A model generated the notes under the pieces. That model was not told the origin of the DNA. It did not search any database and was given only the letters and a program-made list of their open reading frames with translations. Source: Guillardia theta CCMP2712 (Eukaryota > Protista > Cryptophyta). From it: a stretch of DNA of 64,000 bases. Position 1 is the first letter of the stretch. Every line of letters begins with the position of its first letter. The stretch is from positions 84,535-148,534 of the forward strand of contig NW_005434623.1 of NCBI RefSeq assembly GCF_000315625.1, read 5' to 3'. Shown here in pieces: positions 1-11,989 of this stretch. Position numbers and translations under genes: made by a program.

Positions 1-1024
1 TTTTTAAGGGGCTGCCTCAGACTCAATCGGGGGCAGAAGTCATAGATAGACAAATGAACTGTAGATCATACTCGGTGCTTTTCGGTGTCTTTCTCCCACA
101 ATGCATAGTTGCAAAGAAGTTAACATGTCATCGACAGTCACGGACGTGCGGTACTGACCCACCCCTTGTATGTGGGATGGAGGGGTACTTCCACCCAATT
201 GACTACACAAAAAAAGAATGAAGAACAAAAGATGTGTCCATTCACTTTCTGAACCGTAAGTTCTGAGGAGGGTGAAGGGATGGTATGATCTTGTACTGAA
301 AAGGTCCAGGAGAGGGGGTGGGGTCACAGCTCGTTCGTGACCGTCCATGACGTCAGCGGGGACGGAACGAGCTCAATATTTGAGTGTGTACCCGTCCTTG
401 AGGGTTTGATTGGTGGGTGGGGTACTTGAAGAGATACACCTGAGCTTGGGGTGGGAATGAATAATAAACTGGTACGCTGCTTATGAGGTCTAGGAGAGGG
501 GGTGGGTGGGTGATACAACGGGGTATTTCAAATGGGAATCGTAGGGGTACTCAAAGCGAGTCGACTTCGAGGAGGGGTACTACGTCAAAATCAATTAACC
601 TTAGACGGACAGGGGTATCCTTTGCTTTATAGATTTCAACGCACAAATGGGGGCGAGAGGGAGGGAGGGAGAGAAGAGGGGGGGGGGAGGACAACGGAAT
701 GAACAGAGAAGGAGAAAGGAATGAAACTATAGATCAAGGTTGAAGGAAAGGGGGGATACGTAGCGAGGACTGAGACCTTATGAGAGTGTGAGCTGTTGTA
801 GCCAAGGCACAATTGCGCTACAGCAACCTAACCAGAGCTGTAGCATTCGAAGCTGATTGAGACCTGTAAGACTGTATTCAGCGCTATTTGCGCAGAGAAA
901 TGCGGGTGGAGTACTCAGCTCGTCAGAAGGATGAGATGTACAACCTCATTACCTTAGACAGCAAGGACGGAAACATCCCGTATCTGTCTTTGAAGCCCCA
1001 TTGATCCTTTTGTTTCCCAGGTGA

Positions 1025-3499
1025 ATGCTAGTCACACCTACTCCTGTCAGCATCATGACCTCGTCGTCGTCGTCTCCCTCTGTCAACCTCTCAGAATCCG
1101 ATGTGCTTGAGGTCGGGACAAACTTCGGTTCACTGTCGACCCTCCAGTGGGAGCCGATCAGGGCTGAAGTAGCTGTGGGCCACCTCAGCAAGCTCTCTTT
1201 GTCCCCTGAGCCCCAGCAGAGGTCGGACAACATCAGCCGATCGGCCTCCATGGCGTCCACCTTGTTAGCGGAGGAGAAAAGCCTTGTCAGCCATATCGAG
1301 CAATCGGTGATCGGCGCCGGCATGCCCATTCACACACCATTCGGCCCGCGGAAGCTGACGTATGCCGACTACACAGCATCCGGTCGATCTCTCACCTTCA
1401 TCGAGGATGCGATCAGGAACACAGTCCTCCCGCACTACGCCAACACGCACACGACTGTGTCGCATACGGGGCGGCAGACCTCCAAGTACCGTGAAGAAGC
1501 ACGGCACATCATCCTCGAGAGCGTCAACGGGCGCAAAGACAAGGACGTCGTGGTGTTCACAGGCTCCGGCTGCACGGCTGCGATCTACAAGACTGCACAG
1601 CTCCTGATGCATCGCCAGGACTGGAAAGACTCGGCCGGCACCCCGGAGGCCCCCCTAGTCCTCATCGGGCCGTACGAGCATCACTCCAACATCCTGCCAT
1701 GGCGCGAGAGCGGCGCAGACGTGGTGGAGGTGCAGCTGAACGCAACGGGCCAGGTGGACTTGGACCATCTCAGGAGAGTCTTGCGGCAGTACCAGAACCG
1801 CCGCATCAAGGTCGGATCTTTCTCGGCTGCCTCCAACGTTACGGGGATCCTGACGGACGTGGAGGCGGTTGCGACTGTTCTCCACGAGCACGGAGCCCTC
1901 GCCTTCTTCGACTACGCGGCTGCTGGGCCCTACGTGGACATCGACATGAACCCCTCGAGGCCTCTGGCGTACAAGGACGCTGTCTTCATCTCTCCGCACA
2001 AGTTCGTGGGGGGGCCGTCGACCCCCGGGGTCCTCGTGTTCAAAAAGGACTCCCTATACGGACCCTGCAAGAATCGTGGAGCTCCGGTCACACCTGCCGG
2101 AGGGACCGTCTTGTTTGTGTCTGAGATCAGCCATCAGTACCTGGACTCGGTGGAGGAGAGGGAGGAGGGAGGGACGCCGGAGATTGTAGGAGCGATCCGG
2201 TGCGGGCTGGTGTTCCGACTGAAGATGGAGGTAGGGCCGAGCACGATTGTGGAGAGAGAGCACCACTACTGGTCTCAAGCCCTTGCTGCCTGGAAGGCGA
2301 ATAAGAGTATCATCATTCTTGGGGACACGAGCGTCGCGCGACTGAGCATCGTCTCCTTCGTTGTTGCACATGGGAACAAGCTGGTTCATCACAACTTCGT
2401 CGCTTCTCTCCTCAACGATCTCTTCGGCGTGCAAGGCCGAGCAGGCTGCTCCTGCGCTGGTCCTTACGGGCAGAAACTGTTCAACATCTCACCCGCGTCC
2501 GCGTTGTGCCTAGAGCAGACGGCACTGCAAGGAGAGGAAGGGATCAAGCCGGGCTTTATTCGCATCAATTTCAATTTCTTCATCTCTCCCCACATGGCTC
2601 GCTTCCTCATCGATGCCGTTCTGTTCGTCGCAGAGCACGGGTGGAAGCTTCTGCCCTTCTACAGGCTCGACGTGAACACGGGCGAGTGGCACTACACGGG
2701 GAGCGAGAACAAGCTGGTGAAGGAGGCAGCCTCTCTCAGAAACATCTCCTTCTTCACGAGCTACAGCCAGGGAGCTGACAAAGCGCAAGTCCTCACTCCG
2801 GAGGAGATCGACAACTACTTCGAGCAGGCCAAGTCCATCGTGAGAGACGCGGAGGCCCTGGTGCAGGCCGGAAGTGTCCAAGGGACGACCTTGGGGTTCC
2901 GAAGCCCCGAGGCCGTGTGCACCAGCTGGTTCCTCTCCTCCAAGGACGCAGTGGACGACCTGCGGGCCGGGTCCTGGCCGGCTCCAATGAAGACACTCAA
3001 CGTGTATGAGAGCAGCGAGCTCCCCTCGGAGTACTACTACATGACCCACGGGCTGTGCCTGTACGAGGTCTGGATCAACATCACCAGCCTCAAGATGCAT
3101 CGGGCGAGCCGGTACGCGAGCAGCATGCCGAGCATCGAGGGAGTGAAGAAGGAGGCAGCGCACAACTGGCGGGCGATGACCGCAGGGCAGCGAGCCGACA
3201 TGAGGAAGACCCTCCATGCCCTGGTGCACCAGGCGTACGGAAGCTGCGTGAGGAAGCAGGCGAAGGGGGAAGCTGTGGGTTGGATAGATCGGAGAGCGGA
3301 GAAGGAGGCGATGGTTCAGAAGGCTGCTGCTGCTTTCTTTGCCTCGGAGGATGACGCTGACTATGCCATGAAGCCAGGGAAGGCTGCTCCTCCCCGGGTT
3401 GGCTGCTTCAGCTTTCTGGGAGGGAAGAAGCCAACCCCCGGCTTCACGCTCACCAGCGACGTTGTGGTCTCCAACGAGCAAACGTCTCATCGCTTCTGA
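1025..3499 (+). CDS. Class-V PLP aminotransferase / cysteine-desulfurase-like protein with C-terminal extension
   Basis: 824-aa uninterrupted ORF; motifs [35 protein letters not shown] (PLP lysine), [16 protein letters not shown] (catalytic-Cys position). True start could be 1025 or a later ATG. Confidence 0.9.
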   Translation: MLVTPTPVSIMTSSSSSPSVNLSESDVLEVGTNFGSLSTLQWEPIRAEVAVGHLSKLSLSPEPQQRSDNISRSASMASTLLAEEKSLVSHIEQSVIGAGMPIHTPFGPRKLTYADYTASGRSLTFIEDAIRNTVLPHYANTHTTVSHTGRQTSKYREEARHIILESVNGRKDKDVVVFTGSGCTAAIYKTAQLLMHRQDWKDSAGTPEAPLVLIGPYEHHSNILPWRESGADVVEVQLNATGQVDLDHLRRVLRQYQNRRIKVGSFSAASNVTGILTDVEAVATVLHEHGALAFFDYAAAGPYVDIDMNPSRPLAYKDAVFISPHKFVGGPSTPGVLVFKKDSLYGPCKNRGAPVTPAGGTVLFVSEISHQYLDSVEEREEGGTPEIVGAIRCGLVFRLKMEVGPSTIVEREHHYWSQALAAWKANKSIIILGDTSVARLSIVSFVVAHGNKLVHHNFVASLLNDLFGVQGRAGCSCAGPYGQKLFNISPASALCLEQTALQGEEGIKPGFIRINFNFFISPHMARFLIDAVLFVAEHGWKLLPFYRLDVNTGEWHYTGSENKLVKEAASLRNISFFTSYSQGADKAQVLTPEEIDNYFEQAKSIVRDAEALVQAGSVQGTTLGFRSPEAVCTSWFLSSKDAVDDLRAGSWPAPMKTLNVYESSELPSEYYYMTHGLCLYEVWINITSLKMHRASRYASSMPSIEGVKKEAAHNWRAMTAGQRADMRKTLHALVHQAYGSCVRKQAKGEAVGWIDRRAEKEAMVQKAAAAFFASEDDADYAMKPGKAAPPRVGCFSFLGGKKPTPGFTLTSDVVVSNEQTSHRF

Positions 3500-3670
3500 A
3501 GCTCTCACTACTTGATTGATTCTTTTCTTTGACTTGTAAATATACTACTACTTAAGGTCGTTCCGTGATTTATTGACGGTGGGGAGGGGGAAAAGGGAAA
3601 GCGGGGAGGGGTAACTGCCTGTGAGCAGCTGGGCTCTCAGTGGAGGGCGCCGGAAAGTCTATTGAACCAG

Positions 3671-4846
3671 TCAAGGACTAGACGAGGTTTCAGCCTCAAG
3701 CTTGTTGATCTGCAACCTGATGGGCTTGAAGATCTCCTGCACCAATGGCGGGGCGGAGGTCTTGAAGGGTTGGGGCCTGTAGGCCAGTGCCCGGAAGGGC
3801 TTCAGCATGTGATCCCCCACCCCAAGGTACTTTGCATGGTCAACAGCATGCTCGTACAGCGATCTCGTGGTCACCAGACGCAGCTCTGGCCAGTTCCGCT
3901 CTCGTGTAGCTCTCATCCAGCTAGTGATGTAGTTCGACACCCCCGTCGTGTCCTGCCGCGCACGCGCGATCTCAGCCCAGACGTCGGAGAGCCTCGTGCC
4001 CTCAGGGTAGGGGCTGCGATGTGCGATGTCCCTCCACTTGTTGAGATGGTCGACACTGTATCGCCGGTGCACGCTCTCGATCGAGTGCAGCGGGTCCCCG
4101 ACGATGATCATGGCCTTGGAAGCGCAATCGAGCCCTCTCAGTCCGATCTCGTCCTGCGTGTGACGAAACTGATCAGAGGACTTGTGCTTGAAACCGTCGG
4201 CGTCCTCGGGCGAGTTGATAGCGACGTGCGAACTCTTCAGCAAGTCCATGAAAGCGCTGGACCCCACTCCCCCCTGCGAGTTAACCAGCACGTGCCGGCA
4301 CCTTCTCCTCCGCTTCCGCCCCTGCTGCCTTCCCATGGTCTTCCTGGCAGACCCCGAGCTTAACCAGGAGTTGCTGAAAGGAAGGCTGGGCTTGTTCAGC
4401 GACTTGACGATCGTCTGTGTCACCTCTGCAGTTGGGCCCACAGGTGACCTCAAGTTCAAGCTGACGTTGGTCGTCCTGTTGGATTCATTTACATGCAATA
4501 GTCTGCTGGAGTTCAGCAGAAGAAGGTTTCCCACAGTCTGAGCAGAGACGCTCTGGTTTCCAGTTTCGTTCTTTCCGAGGGATAGCGCAGTAGGCAATAG
4601 AAATCGGATTGCCGTCTGATTATGAGACCCATAGGATTTCATGCTTGAGTTCCAGTCAGCAGTGATATTCTCTTCAAAGCTGCCCAACAATGAGTTGGTT
4701 TCCGACGGCAGTATTCGATCCGCCGCAAGAAAGAAGATTATTGAAATGGTAACAATCCCACACGCCAACCTGCAAGTTTGTATGATGAAGGATGACACAG
4801 AGACAACGTGTATTGAGATATTTGCACGTGGAAAGATGACTTCCAC
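3671..4846 (-). CDS. Membrane-anchored sulfotransferase-like protein
   Basis: 391-aa ORF; N-terminal hydrophobic anchor, N-glycosylation-site-rich stem, then VLVNSQGGVGSSAF (5'-PSB-loop-like) and IIVGDPLHSIES (3'-PB-like) motifs. Function is inferred. Confidence 0.55.
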   Translation of the reverse strand: MEVIFPRANISIHVVSVSSFIIQTCRLACGIVTISIIFFLAADRILPSETNSLLGSFEENITADWNSSMKSYGSHNQTAIRFLLPTALSLGKNETGNQSVSAQTVGNLLLLNSSRLLHVNESNRTTNVSLNLRSPVGPTAEVTQTIVKSLNKPSLPFSNSWLSSGSARKTMGRQQGRKRRRRCRHVLVNSQGGVGSSAFMDLLKSSHVAINSPEDADGFKHKSSDQFRHTQDEIGLRGLDCASKAMIIVGDPLHSIESVHRRYSVDHLNKWRDIAHRSPYPEGTRLSDVWAEIARARQDTTGVSNYITSWMRATRERNWPELRLVTTRSLYEHAVDHAKYLGVGDHMLKPFRALAYRPQPFKTSAPPLVQEIFKPIRLQINKLEAETSSSP

Positions 4847-5035
4847 TACTTCTCATCTCAAACATGAATATTCTCCGCTACTTCTACTTCTCATTTCATC
4901 ATCAATCCCTCGATTCTCAGTCCTCTCATCGTCAAGAAATTGATTCTTATCTCATCATCAATGTATGAACTCTCTTCTCATCATCAATGCACCACCTCTT
5001 ATATCATCATCATTCATGACTCAAAGTTAAGGTAT

Positions 5036-5232
5036 CGATGTATCGGCTGCCATCGTACCATCCATACACCGGCTGCAATCGTATCATCCATACATCGGCT
5101 GCAATCGTATCATCGAGTCAATGTATCAGCTGTCATCGTATTATCAATGTATCAGCTGTTATCGTATCATCAATGTATCAGCTGAATGGTTATCGTATCA
5201 TCAATCACGGTATCAGCTGTTATCTCATCATC
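5036..5232. repeat. Degenerate ~26-bp tandem repeat (about 7 copies)
   Basis: Units like AATGTATCAGCTGTCATCGTATCATC / ATACATCGGCTGCAATCGTATCATCC read directly. Confidence 0.8.
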
Positions 5233-5482
5233 GCCATCTCTTCACCTGATCTTGTTTGAGAACATGTCGCTGTCATGGTGCATCTGTTGCCCTACACTTA
5301 CCCCCCTGCTCAACTAAGTCCCCCTACCCCCACCCCTTCTTATACCAGGCAAGGGACCCTCCTTTGCAGTGCGGCGGTCTTTGGCTATGGGTAGCAACGT
5401 AGGATCATAGGACCAGTGGGGGGTACTCTGTTCGTGCCCCCTAGTAGAGTCAGCATTCAATGGTAGCCACCGTCCCTACCCA

Positions 5483-5509
5483 GTACTGATTTTTAACTTA
5501 ACTTTGAGT
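5483..5509 (+). promoter_or_regulatory. Conserved dispersed motif, copy A (GTACTGATTTTTAACTTAACTTTGAGT)
   Basis: Identical over 27 bp to the reverse complement of 28083-28109; ~130 bp upstream of ATG 5643; followed by a CCGG-rich tract. Regulatory role is inferred. Confidence 0.55.
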
Positions 5510-5642
5510 GAAGACTGTCACCGTAAGCAACGGTCCGCGCGCGGCAGCGCGTCGCCGGCCCGGCCGGCCCCCGTCGCCGTGGGCCGGCCCGCCGGGTGCT
5601 GAATCAGTGCGGGGATGTGGGTAATCCCAAGAGCGAAGAGGC

Positions 5643-8600
5643 ATGATGCCGGGGAAAGGGATGAGAGGTTGGGCATGGCTTGGCGCGGTCATGGCGTTGG
5701 CGGCGATAGCGTCGCTGATGCTTCGTCCTTACCCATCCCACATTGCTCTTGACAGCATCAGCCCGTTTGGAGGGTAAGACCTGTCCCCTCCGCCTCCCCT
5801 CCTTCATAAACTCCCTCAACATCTCTGCGTTTCTGTGATCCTCGTATGACTGTCAACTTGCCCTCCCTGTTTTCACCCCAATGTATACCTGTATTCATTG
5901 TTACTTCATACCTGTATTCATTGTTACTTCATACCTGTATTCATTGTTACTTCATACCTTGATTCATTGTTACTTCACGTTGTGCTTGCAATTCGTTGTT
6001 CTGTCTTCTCTCTCTCTTATCCCTATCCTCCCTCCCGCTCCCTCATCTCTCCTTCATCCCACCCTTACCATCATTTAGGGTTGAGGACGAAACGCTGCCG
6101 GTGCAACTGGGGTCTCCTCCTCGTCTGGGTAAGTGATCCCCATCGAAGGAGCCTGCACTCACGCATGTGGCAGAGCATCTCATGTACAGCAGTTACGGCC
6201 CAGGATACAACGACAACGGACAACTCACGTCACGGGCTGGCATGTTGGGACGTGGCAGGAGGGCCGCTTTCATGGCGTCGGCAGCGCCGAGCCATCCAGA
6301 AGCATCGCGTCAGCTCGCTCGGGGAGGAGAGAGTGAGAGGCAGGCCCCGATGCCAACATCCGCAAACAGCCGAGCGCTTGTGCTGGGCGCGAGCTTGAAG
6401 TACATGGGTGAGGGGAGGGAGGACCCTCGTCTGCTCGAGGATCGTGACGGTCGCGCAGACGCTCTCCGGCGCTTCCACGAGGCTGATCGTGATGCTGCTG
6501 TCCGTGACTGGGTGGCTACTCGCGGCCGCTGGCTGGGTTGTCGCGCGTGCGATAAGAAATGTGCGTGCTGATTGAAATTCAGAACACTCGAAAGCCAAGG
6601 GCGGCAAGGACAGCCTCCGATCTGAGCAGGTGGGTCAGGGCTCTTACCTTGCCGTGCTCCTTACATGTGCTCACTCGTTGCGATGCTGCCAGAAGCAGGT
6701 GCTGGCCGGTAGGGAGGCTGAGAGTCGGGACACGGACGCAGGGCAGAAGGACTACATGCAAGCACTTGGTCTGGCTCTGACAACCTTGACATCAACCTCT
6801 TGTGGTCTGACTTCTTTTTTTTCAGCTCTGTTTGCTGAGGCTAACGGCCAGCAAGGTCTGGCTGAGCGCTGGAACAAGGTACCTCCTCGTCGTCCTCCCT
6901 TTCTCTTTTTATCCTCATGCTCGTCCTTCTCCTCATTCGCCTCCTCCTTCTCCTCATCTGCCTCCTCCTCGCGTTGGCTCACCTTCCTCAACAGGCGCAG
7001 GCAGGCTGGGACTATTTCTATGAGACCAACCGCCTCCTCGACGCGCGACAAGTGAGATGTTAGTGACATCGAGCTGCCGTCTGATCTCTTCACGTGCAGG
7101 AGAAGCTCGATCACCAGAGAGCCGAGGTCACCGCATGCTCCCTCGCTCCTTCCCTCCCTCCCTCCCTCGCGCTCTACCCACTCTCCTGCTCCTCACTGCC
7201 TCCTTCAGATCCTCGAGAAATTTCTCCCGAGGAAGTCGCGCAAGAGCGCCATCAAGGTGGACGACTATGTTCCCATGTGGCAGCCCTTCAGGTCCAAGCT
7301 CCTTCCCCTTCTGTCATTCTCCTCCTCATCCTGCTGCTGCTGCTGCTCCTCGTCCACTCTCTCTCCTCCTCCTCGTTTTTCTCCTTCAGTTCGCTCACAT
7401 TTTTTGCTTCATGCTTCTAATGATGCTGTGCTTTTCAGTTCCTGCGCCTCGTCTCAGGATAGCGCTTTGTGCACTGCTGCTTCCAAACTGGCTCCTCCTC
7501 CTCAAGTTGTGGGATTTGTCGCCGTCAGGGTAAGTTTAGGTTGCTGCTGCCTGACAACTCCAGCTGAAGGGCTTGAGCAGAGCTTGGAGGGGCAGCAGCT
7601 GGCCTCGCAGCAGGTGAAGGTGCCGAGCTCGTCTCCTCCTCTCTCTCAGCTGACTTTCTCATTTCAGATGAGCCAGACAGGCAAGGAAGACAGCGTCCAG
7701 CAAGAGCTCGACAAGGTTCTTCCTCTACACCCCTCCCCTCCTTCTTCATGGCCTTCTACCCCTCCTCTTCCATCCCACTGGCTGCCTGCCTGCCACCCCA
7801 GCAGCTCCTACCTGACAAGTCTTCAAGGCGTTTGCGGGCTCCAACGAGCTGCAGACGAGGATCAACCGAGCTCGGTGAGGGCCTGCAGTCTTTGTGCGGC
7901 TCCTCTCATGCATCCTTGAAGGTTCTTGCTGTACCTGAGGGAGTTCGGCCCCATCCCCCAGCTCTTCGGACAGGCCAAGACCTCCTCGCTCTACTACCCT
8001 GTACGAGCCTCCGCTGCGCTGCTTCCTCACCTCCTCTCCTCTTGTCGTTTGTCTCCTCCCTCTCCTCCTCTTCTCCTTCTCTCCTTCCTCCCTTACCTCT
8101 TGCTTTGCACAGGGAGACTTCGAGATGCCGCGAGTGACCGACTGCGATGTCCCTGGCTCCTGCCATGACTGGTAAACTTTCTCCTTTCCTCTTCCTCGTC
8201 CGCTCTCCTCTTCCTCCTCTCCTCTCCTCTCCTCTCCTTCTTTCCCCCTTCAAAGCTTGCTTCAAGCTTCTTCTTCGACTGTTTCCACCTCACCGCCACC
8301 TCCCCACCTCTTCTCGCCCTCACTGCTGCTCGTCAGGGCCAACGGAGCTTACATCGACGGGTTTGCTGCTGCCACCACCAACTGGGACATGATGGGCCAG
8401 CCCACTCCGGGTTATCTCCACTGGGACAGCATAGCAGGTGTCCTGTCCTGTCTTTTCCTCTGCTCTTTTATCCTTTTCTGGTGCAGCTGCCCATCCTCTC
8501 CTCCTAGTCTCCTTCCTCCTCATCCTCCCCTTGCGTCTTGTCCTCGTTCTTGCACTCCTGCACTTGTCCATCGTTGTATCGCGATCCTCATGTTGGATGC

Positions 8601-11600
8601 CTTCACCTCACCCTTTACTTCATCCCCTCTCCGTTGCTCTCCTGCTAATCTGACTGAGATCTGCCTGTAGATGACGCATGGAAGGGAGGGTACGACACGA
8701 TGCCGGGAGGAGGAGCAGTGACGTGGCGGGCGAGGACGACTTCGGTACCTCCTCCTCATTCCTCCACTTGTTCCTCTTCTTCTTTGACTGCTGCTGCCGC
8801 AGCTGGCTGAGAGCTCGCAAGTGTTTGACTGGAAGTTGTTCAACCAGAAGGAGGTGACGAGACTCTCAAGTCCTCGTCCTCGTCCTCTCCGCCTCCCTCT
8901 CCCACTTCCTTTCCCTCGTATTTTCCTCCTCCTCCTCTTCCTCCTCTTCCTCCTCTTCCTCCCCTTCCTCCCTTCCCCTTGCTCTTCCTCATTTCCCCAT
9001 CCTGATCCTCATCACCATGCATATCCCAATCTTTGTCTGCCACTGCAACCATTTCGTCCTCGTCCTCGTCCTTGTCCTCGTCCTCGTCCTCGTCCTCGTT
9101 TTCTTCCTCCTCCTCCTCCTCCCGCTCTGATCCTTTTGTGCCCTTCAGATGCACATGGAGAAGCAGGCCAAGGAAGCAGCAGACATGCTTATGAGCACGG
9201 ACCTGCAGGACTTGCCCACCAAGCGTCTTTTCGCCACTGCAGACCCCTCCCTTCCTCAGCAGGTCCTGCCGGCTACTTCTCTTCATCGCTCCCTCTCTCC
9301 CTCCTCTTCCTGCCTCCCTTCTCCCTCCCCTGCTCCTGCTTCTGCTTCTGTTCCTCCTGTCCCTGCTCTGCCCACCAGCTTCCCACCTCCTGTCTCCTCC
9401 TCTCCTTGATCCTTCCTTCACATCTGAACTTCCTGCAGCTCCAGGACCGCAAGTCAGCGGTGGGAGGAGCAGGAACGTGGGCGGAGACGCACGGGGAAGG
9501 AGGAAGTTCAGTGCCCACTAGCCCCAGCGACTTCCTGCAGGAGTGGCACCCGCCTGCTGGCCTTCCCTTCGGTGGGAACATCGCGAGCAAGCCCGTGCCA
9601 GCGAGGAGGGAGGAAGCGAAGCAGCAGCGGCTGAGGAAGAGTCTGCGGCACGTGGAGCACCTGATGGACAAGCAGTGGGAGGGGCGCGTGGACAGCCTGA
9701 GGGCTCCGATGGAGAAGGAGGAGGAGCGAAAGGAGGCGAACGAGGCTGCGCGGGAGGTGGAGGAGGAGGCGAACAGCAAGTTCGGCCTGACCCCGTCGGG
9801 GGCCTCCGACCTTGAGAGGCTGCGAGGAAGCGCGAAGAAGACGCAGCTGGACAAGGAGCTGCACGCGGCCGTCGCCTCCATCGACTCCGCGCTGAAGCCC
9901 CCGAGCTACTCAGGGCCCTCGTCGAGGGAGGGAGGGAGGAGAGACGCGCGAGGTACTGATGCTGTGCTTGGGAGAGGAGGAGGAAGTGACTTGATGATGC
10001 AGGAAGGGAAGCGAACCGTGGGTCGAGCTCCTCCTTGTTCCGGAGGGAGAAGGTCCGACTGCCGGGAGGAGGGAGGGAGGAGAGGCCCAAGGTCGAGAGC
10101 CTTGTGGAGCAGCTGAGGAAGGAGAAGGTGAGAAACCGGCTGCTGCAGAAGAAGCTGCGGTTGGCGGAGCGGGAGGGCTTCGGAGCGAGCTACGAGCACA
10201 AGCTGAAGCAGAGCGAGCGAGGGGTGGCGGATGTGGTGGCCAGCAAGCTTGCTCCCGAGGTGGTGAAGGAGGCGGCGATGCTGGTGGCCAAGAAGATCGA
10301 GGAGGGAGGGAAGAGGCGGACGAGGAGGGAGAGATATGCTGAGAGGGCAGCTGAGTCAGCATCAGCTCGGGAGTCAGCTCGGAACGCGTACGAGGGGGTG
10401 GAAGGGGTCTACGACGACGCTCCTCGGTACAGGAGGGATATGACTGGCCGTCATTTCCCGCTGGCAGGAGGGAGGAGGCCGAGGTATCCAGCAGATCGGC
10501 TGGAGCCAGGGGACGAGGAGAAGAGGAGGAAGGCGTATCCTGCGGACGAGGACTACGACGAGGAGACGCGGGCGATCGCGAGGAGGTGCCATGAGCATCC
10601 CGAGCAGTGTGTCGGGGACGACATGGAGGTAGCGCACAGATGGGAGAGGAGGAGGGCAGGGTTCGCTCGCGGGATCTACAACGAGACGGAGGATGAGCGG
10701 GAGCAGAGGAGGAGGATGAGGAGGTACAGCAGGGGGCTGAACGTGACTGAGTACTCCGACGACGATGAGCCTTGGGACATCAGGGGAGGGCATTCGACTG
10801 TGAACAGAGGACAGAAAGAGTTTGCTCCTCACTACTTCAACCATGCCTTCTGGTCGCAGCTCGTCCACTACTTCAGCCGTGACAAGCCCACGGAGTTCTG
10901 TAATGTCTGCGTCGGCGAGTTCATGACGGGCCTGCACGACCTGAACCTCCACCACGTCCCGGCCTCGCACGTGCCCCTGATGTGCCAGGGAGTCTGCGAG
11001 TCCAACCAGGCGCTGGGCTTCAAGTTCCACCGCAAGGTGCTGAGCAAGGGGGAGGAGGAGGCGACGGAGAGGAGGAAGGAGCTTCTGCGACGCATCGCCA
11101 AGATCGTCAACAAGAGATCAGCGAGGAATGACAAGGCAGCCCTTCAGGCTCCTCCCCGGGTACCTCCTGCTCCTGCCCCTGCCCCTGCCCCTGCCCCTGC
11201 CCCTGCCCCTGCCCCTGCCCCTGCCCCTGCCCCTGCCCCTGCCCCTGCTCCTGCTCCTGCTTCTTCGTTTTCTGCTGTCCGTTCTTCCCAGCCTCCGTCC
11301 CCTCCTCCCTGAGAACCTCGCTTGTGCTTTTCTCCTTCCTCCTTCCCTCCATCAGCCTGCAGCTCTTTTCTTCTCTCGCGCTGTTCGCTCCCTTCCTCCC
11401 TCATTGATCTTTCTCCTTGCCACCTTCCCCTCCTCCTCACTTGCCCTCTCTCCTCCTCCCCTCTCTCCTTCTCCCCTCTCTCCTCCTCTCTCTCTCCTCG
11501 CTCTCCTCTCACTTCTCTTCTGCTTCATCTCATCTGATTGCAGTCGGCGGACTACCAGCCGGCGGACATTCTCCCGACTTCGAGCGCTGCTGAGGCGGAG

Positions 11601-11964
11601 GCGGTCAGGCGCGAGCTGAGAAATCAAAAGAAGATGCAGAGACGCGAAGAGCGCGAGCTGAGAAGGTCCAACGACTAAGATGCCGTCCTGTCCCATGCTG
11701 TCCTCAGTGCTTGTCCTCGGCCCTCCTTCCATCCTCCTCCTCACCCTCTCCTCTTCCTCTGCTCCCTCCCCTCCTCTCTTCTTTTTCTAACGCAACAGCA
11801 GGCAGCTGAAGCTTCATGAGAAGCTCGAGCGGGACAACGCCATCGTGGGGATGGCAGACAAGGGGAGGACGACGGAGCTTGCGGAGGGAAAGAGAGGAGG
11901 AGGAGACAAGATGAAGAAGATGGAGGCAGAGGCCAACGAAGTTTTCAACGGCGGCTTCCAGTAA
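5643..11964 (+). CDS. Large multi-exon hypothetical protein with N-terminal signal anchor (may be two genes)
   Basis: First exons splice in frame: MMPGKGMRGWAWLGAVMALAAIASLMLRP...PFGG|VEDETLPVQLGSPPRL|EHLMYSSYGPGY; large coding exons near 9438-9952 and 10050-11147; last exon ends EVFNGGFQ-TAA at 11964. Internal junctions not all resolved. Confidence 0.55.
5885..5976. repeat. 23-bp tandem repeat x4 in an intron
   Basis: ATACCTGTATTCATTGTTACTTC x3 plus one variant. Confidence 0.9.
11165..11260. repeat. (CCTGCC/CCTGCT)n hexamer microsatellite, probably intronic
   Basis: Directly visible; explains the poly-PA/LP ORFs. Confidence 0.9.
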
Positions 11965-11989
11965 AACTTTAGTGCCTTCTGCTCCTCCT

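Noticed and set aside
786-890. Imperfect GTTGTAGC...GCTACAGC hairpin and GCGCTA/CTGTAG words (similar at 55955-56060)
   Set aside because: Short and imperfect with no alignable homology; insufficient to call an RNA or element.
1265-3508. Long antisense ORFs over the aminotransferase (also over the Crypton gene)
   Set aside because: Expected from codon bias of the sense gene; no independent motifs.
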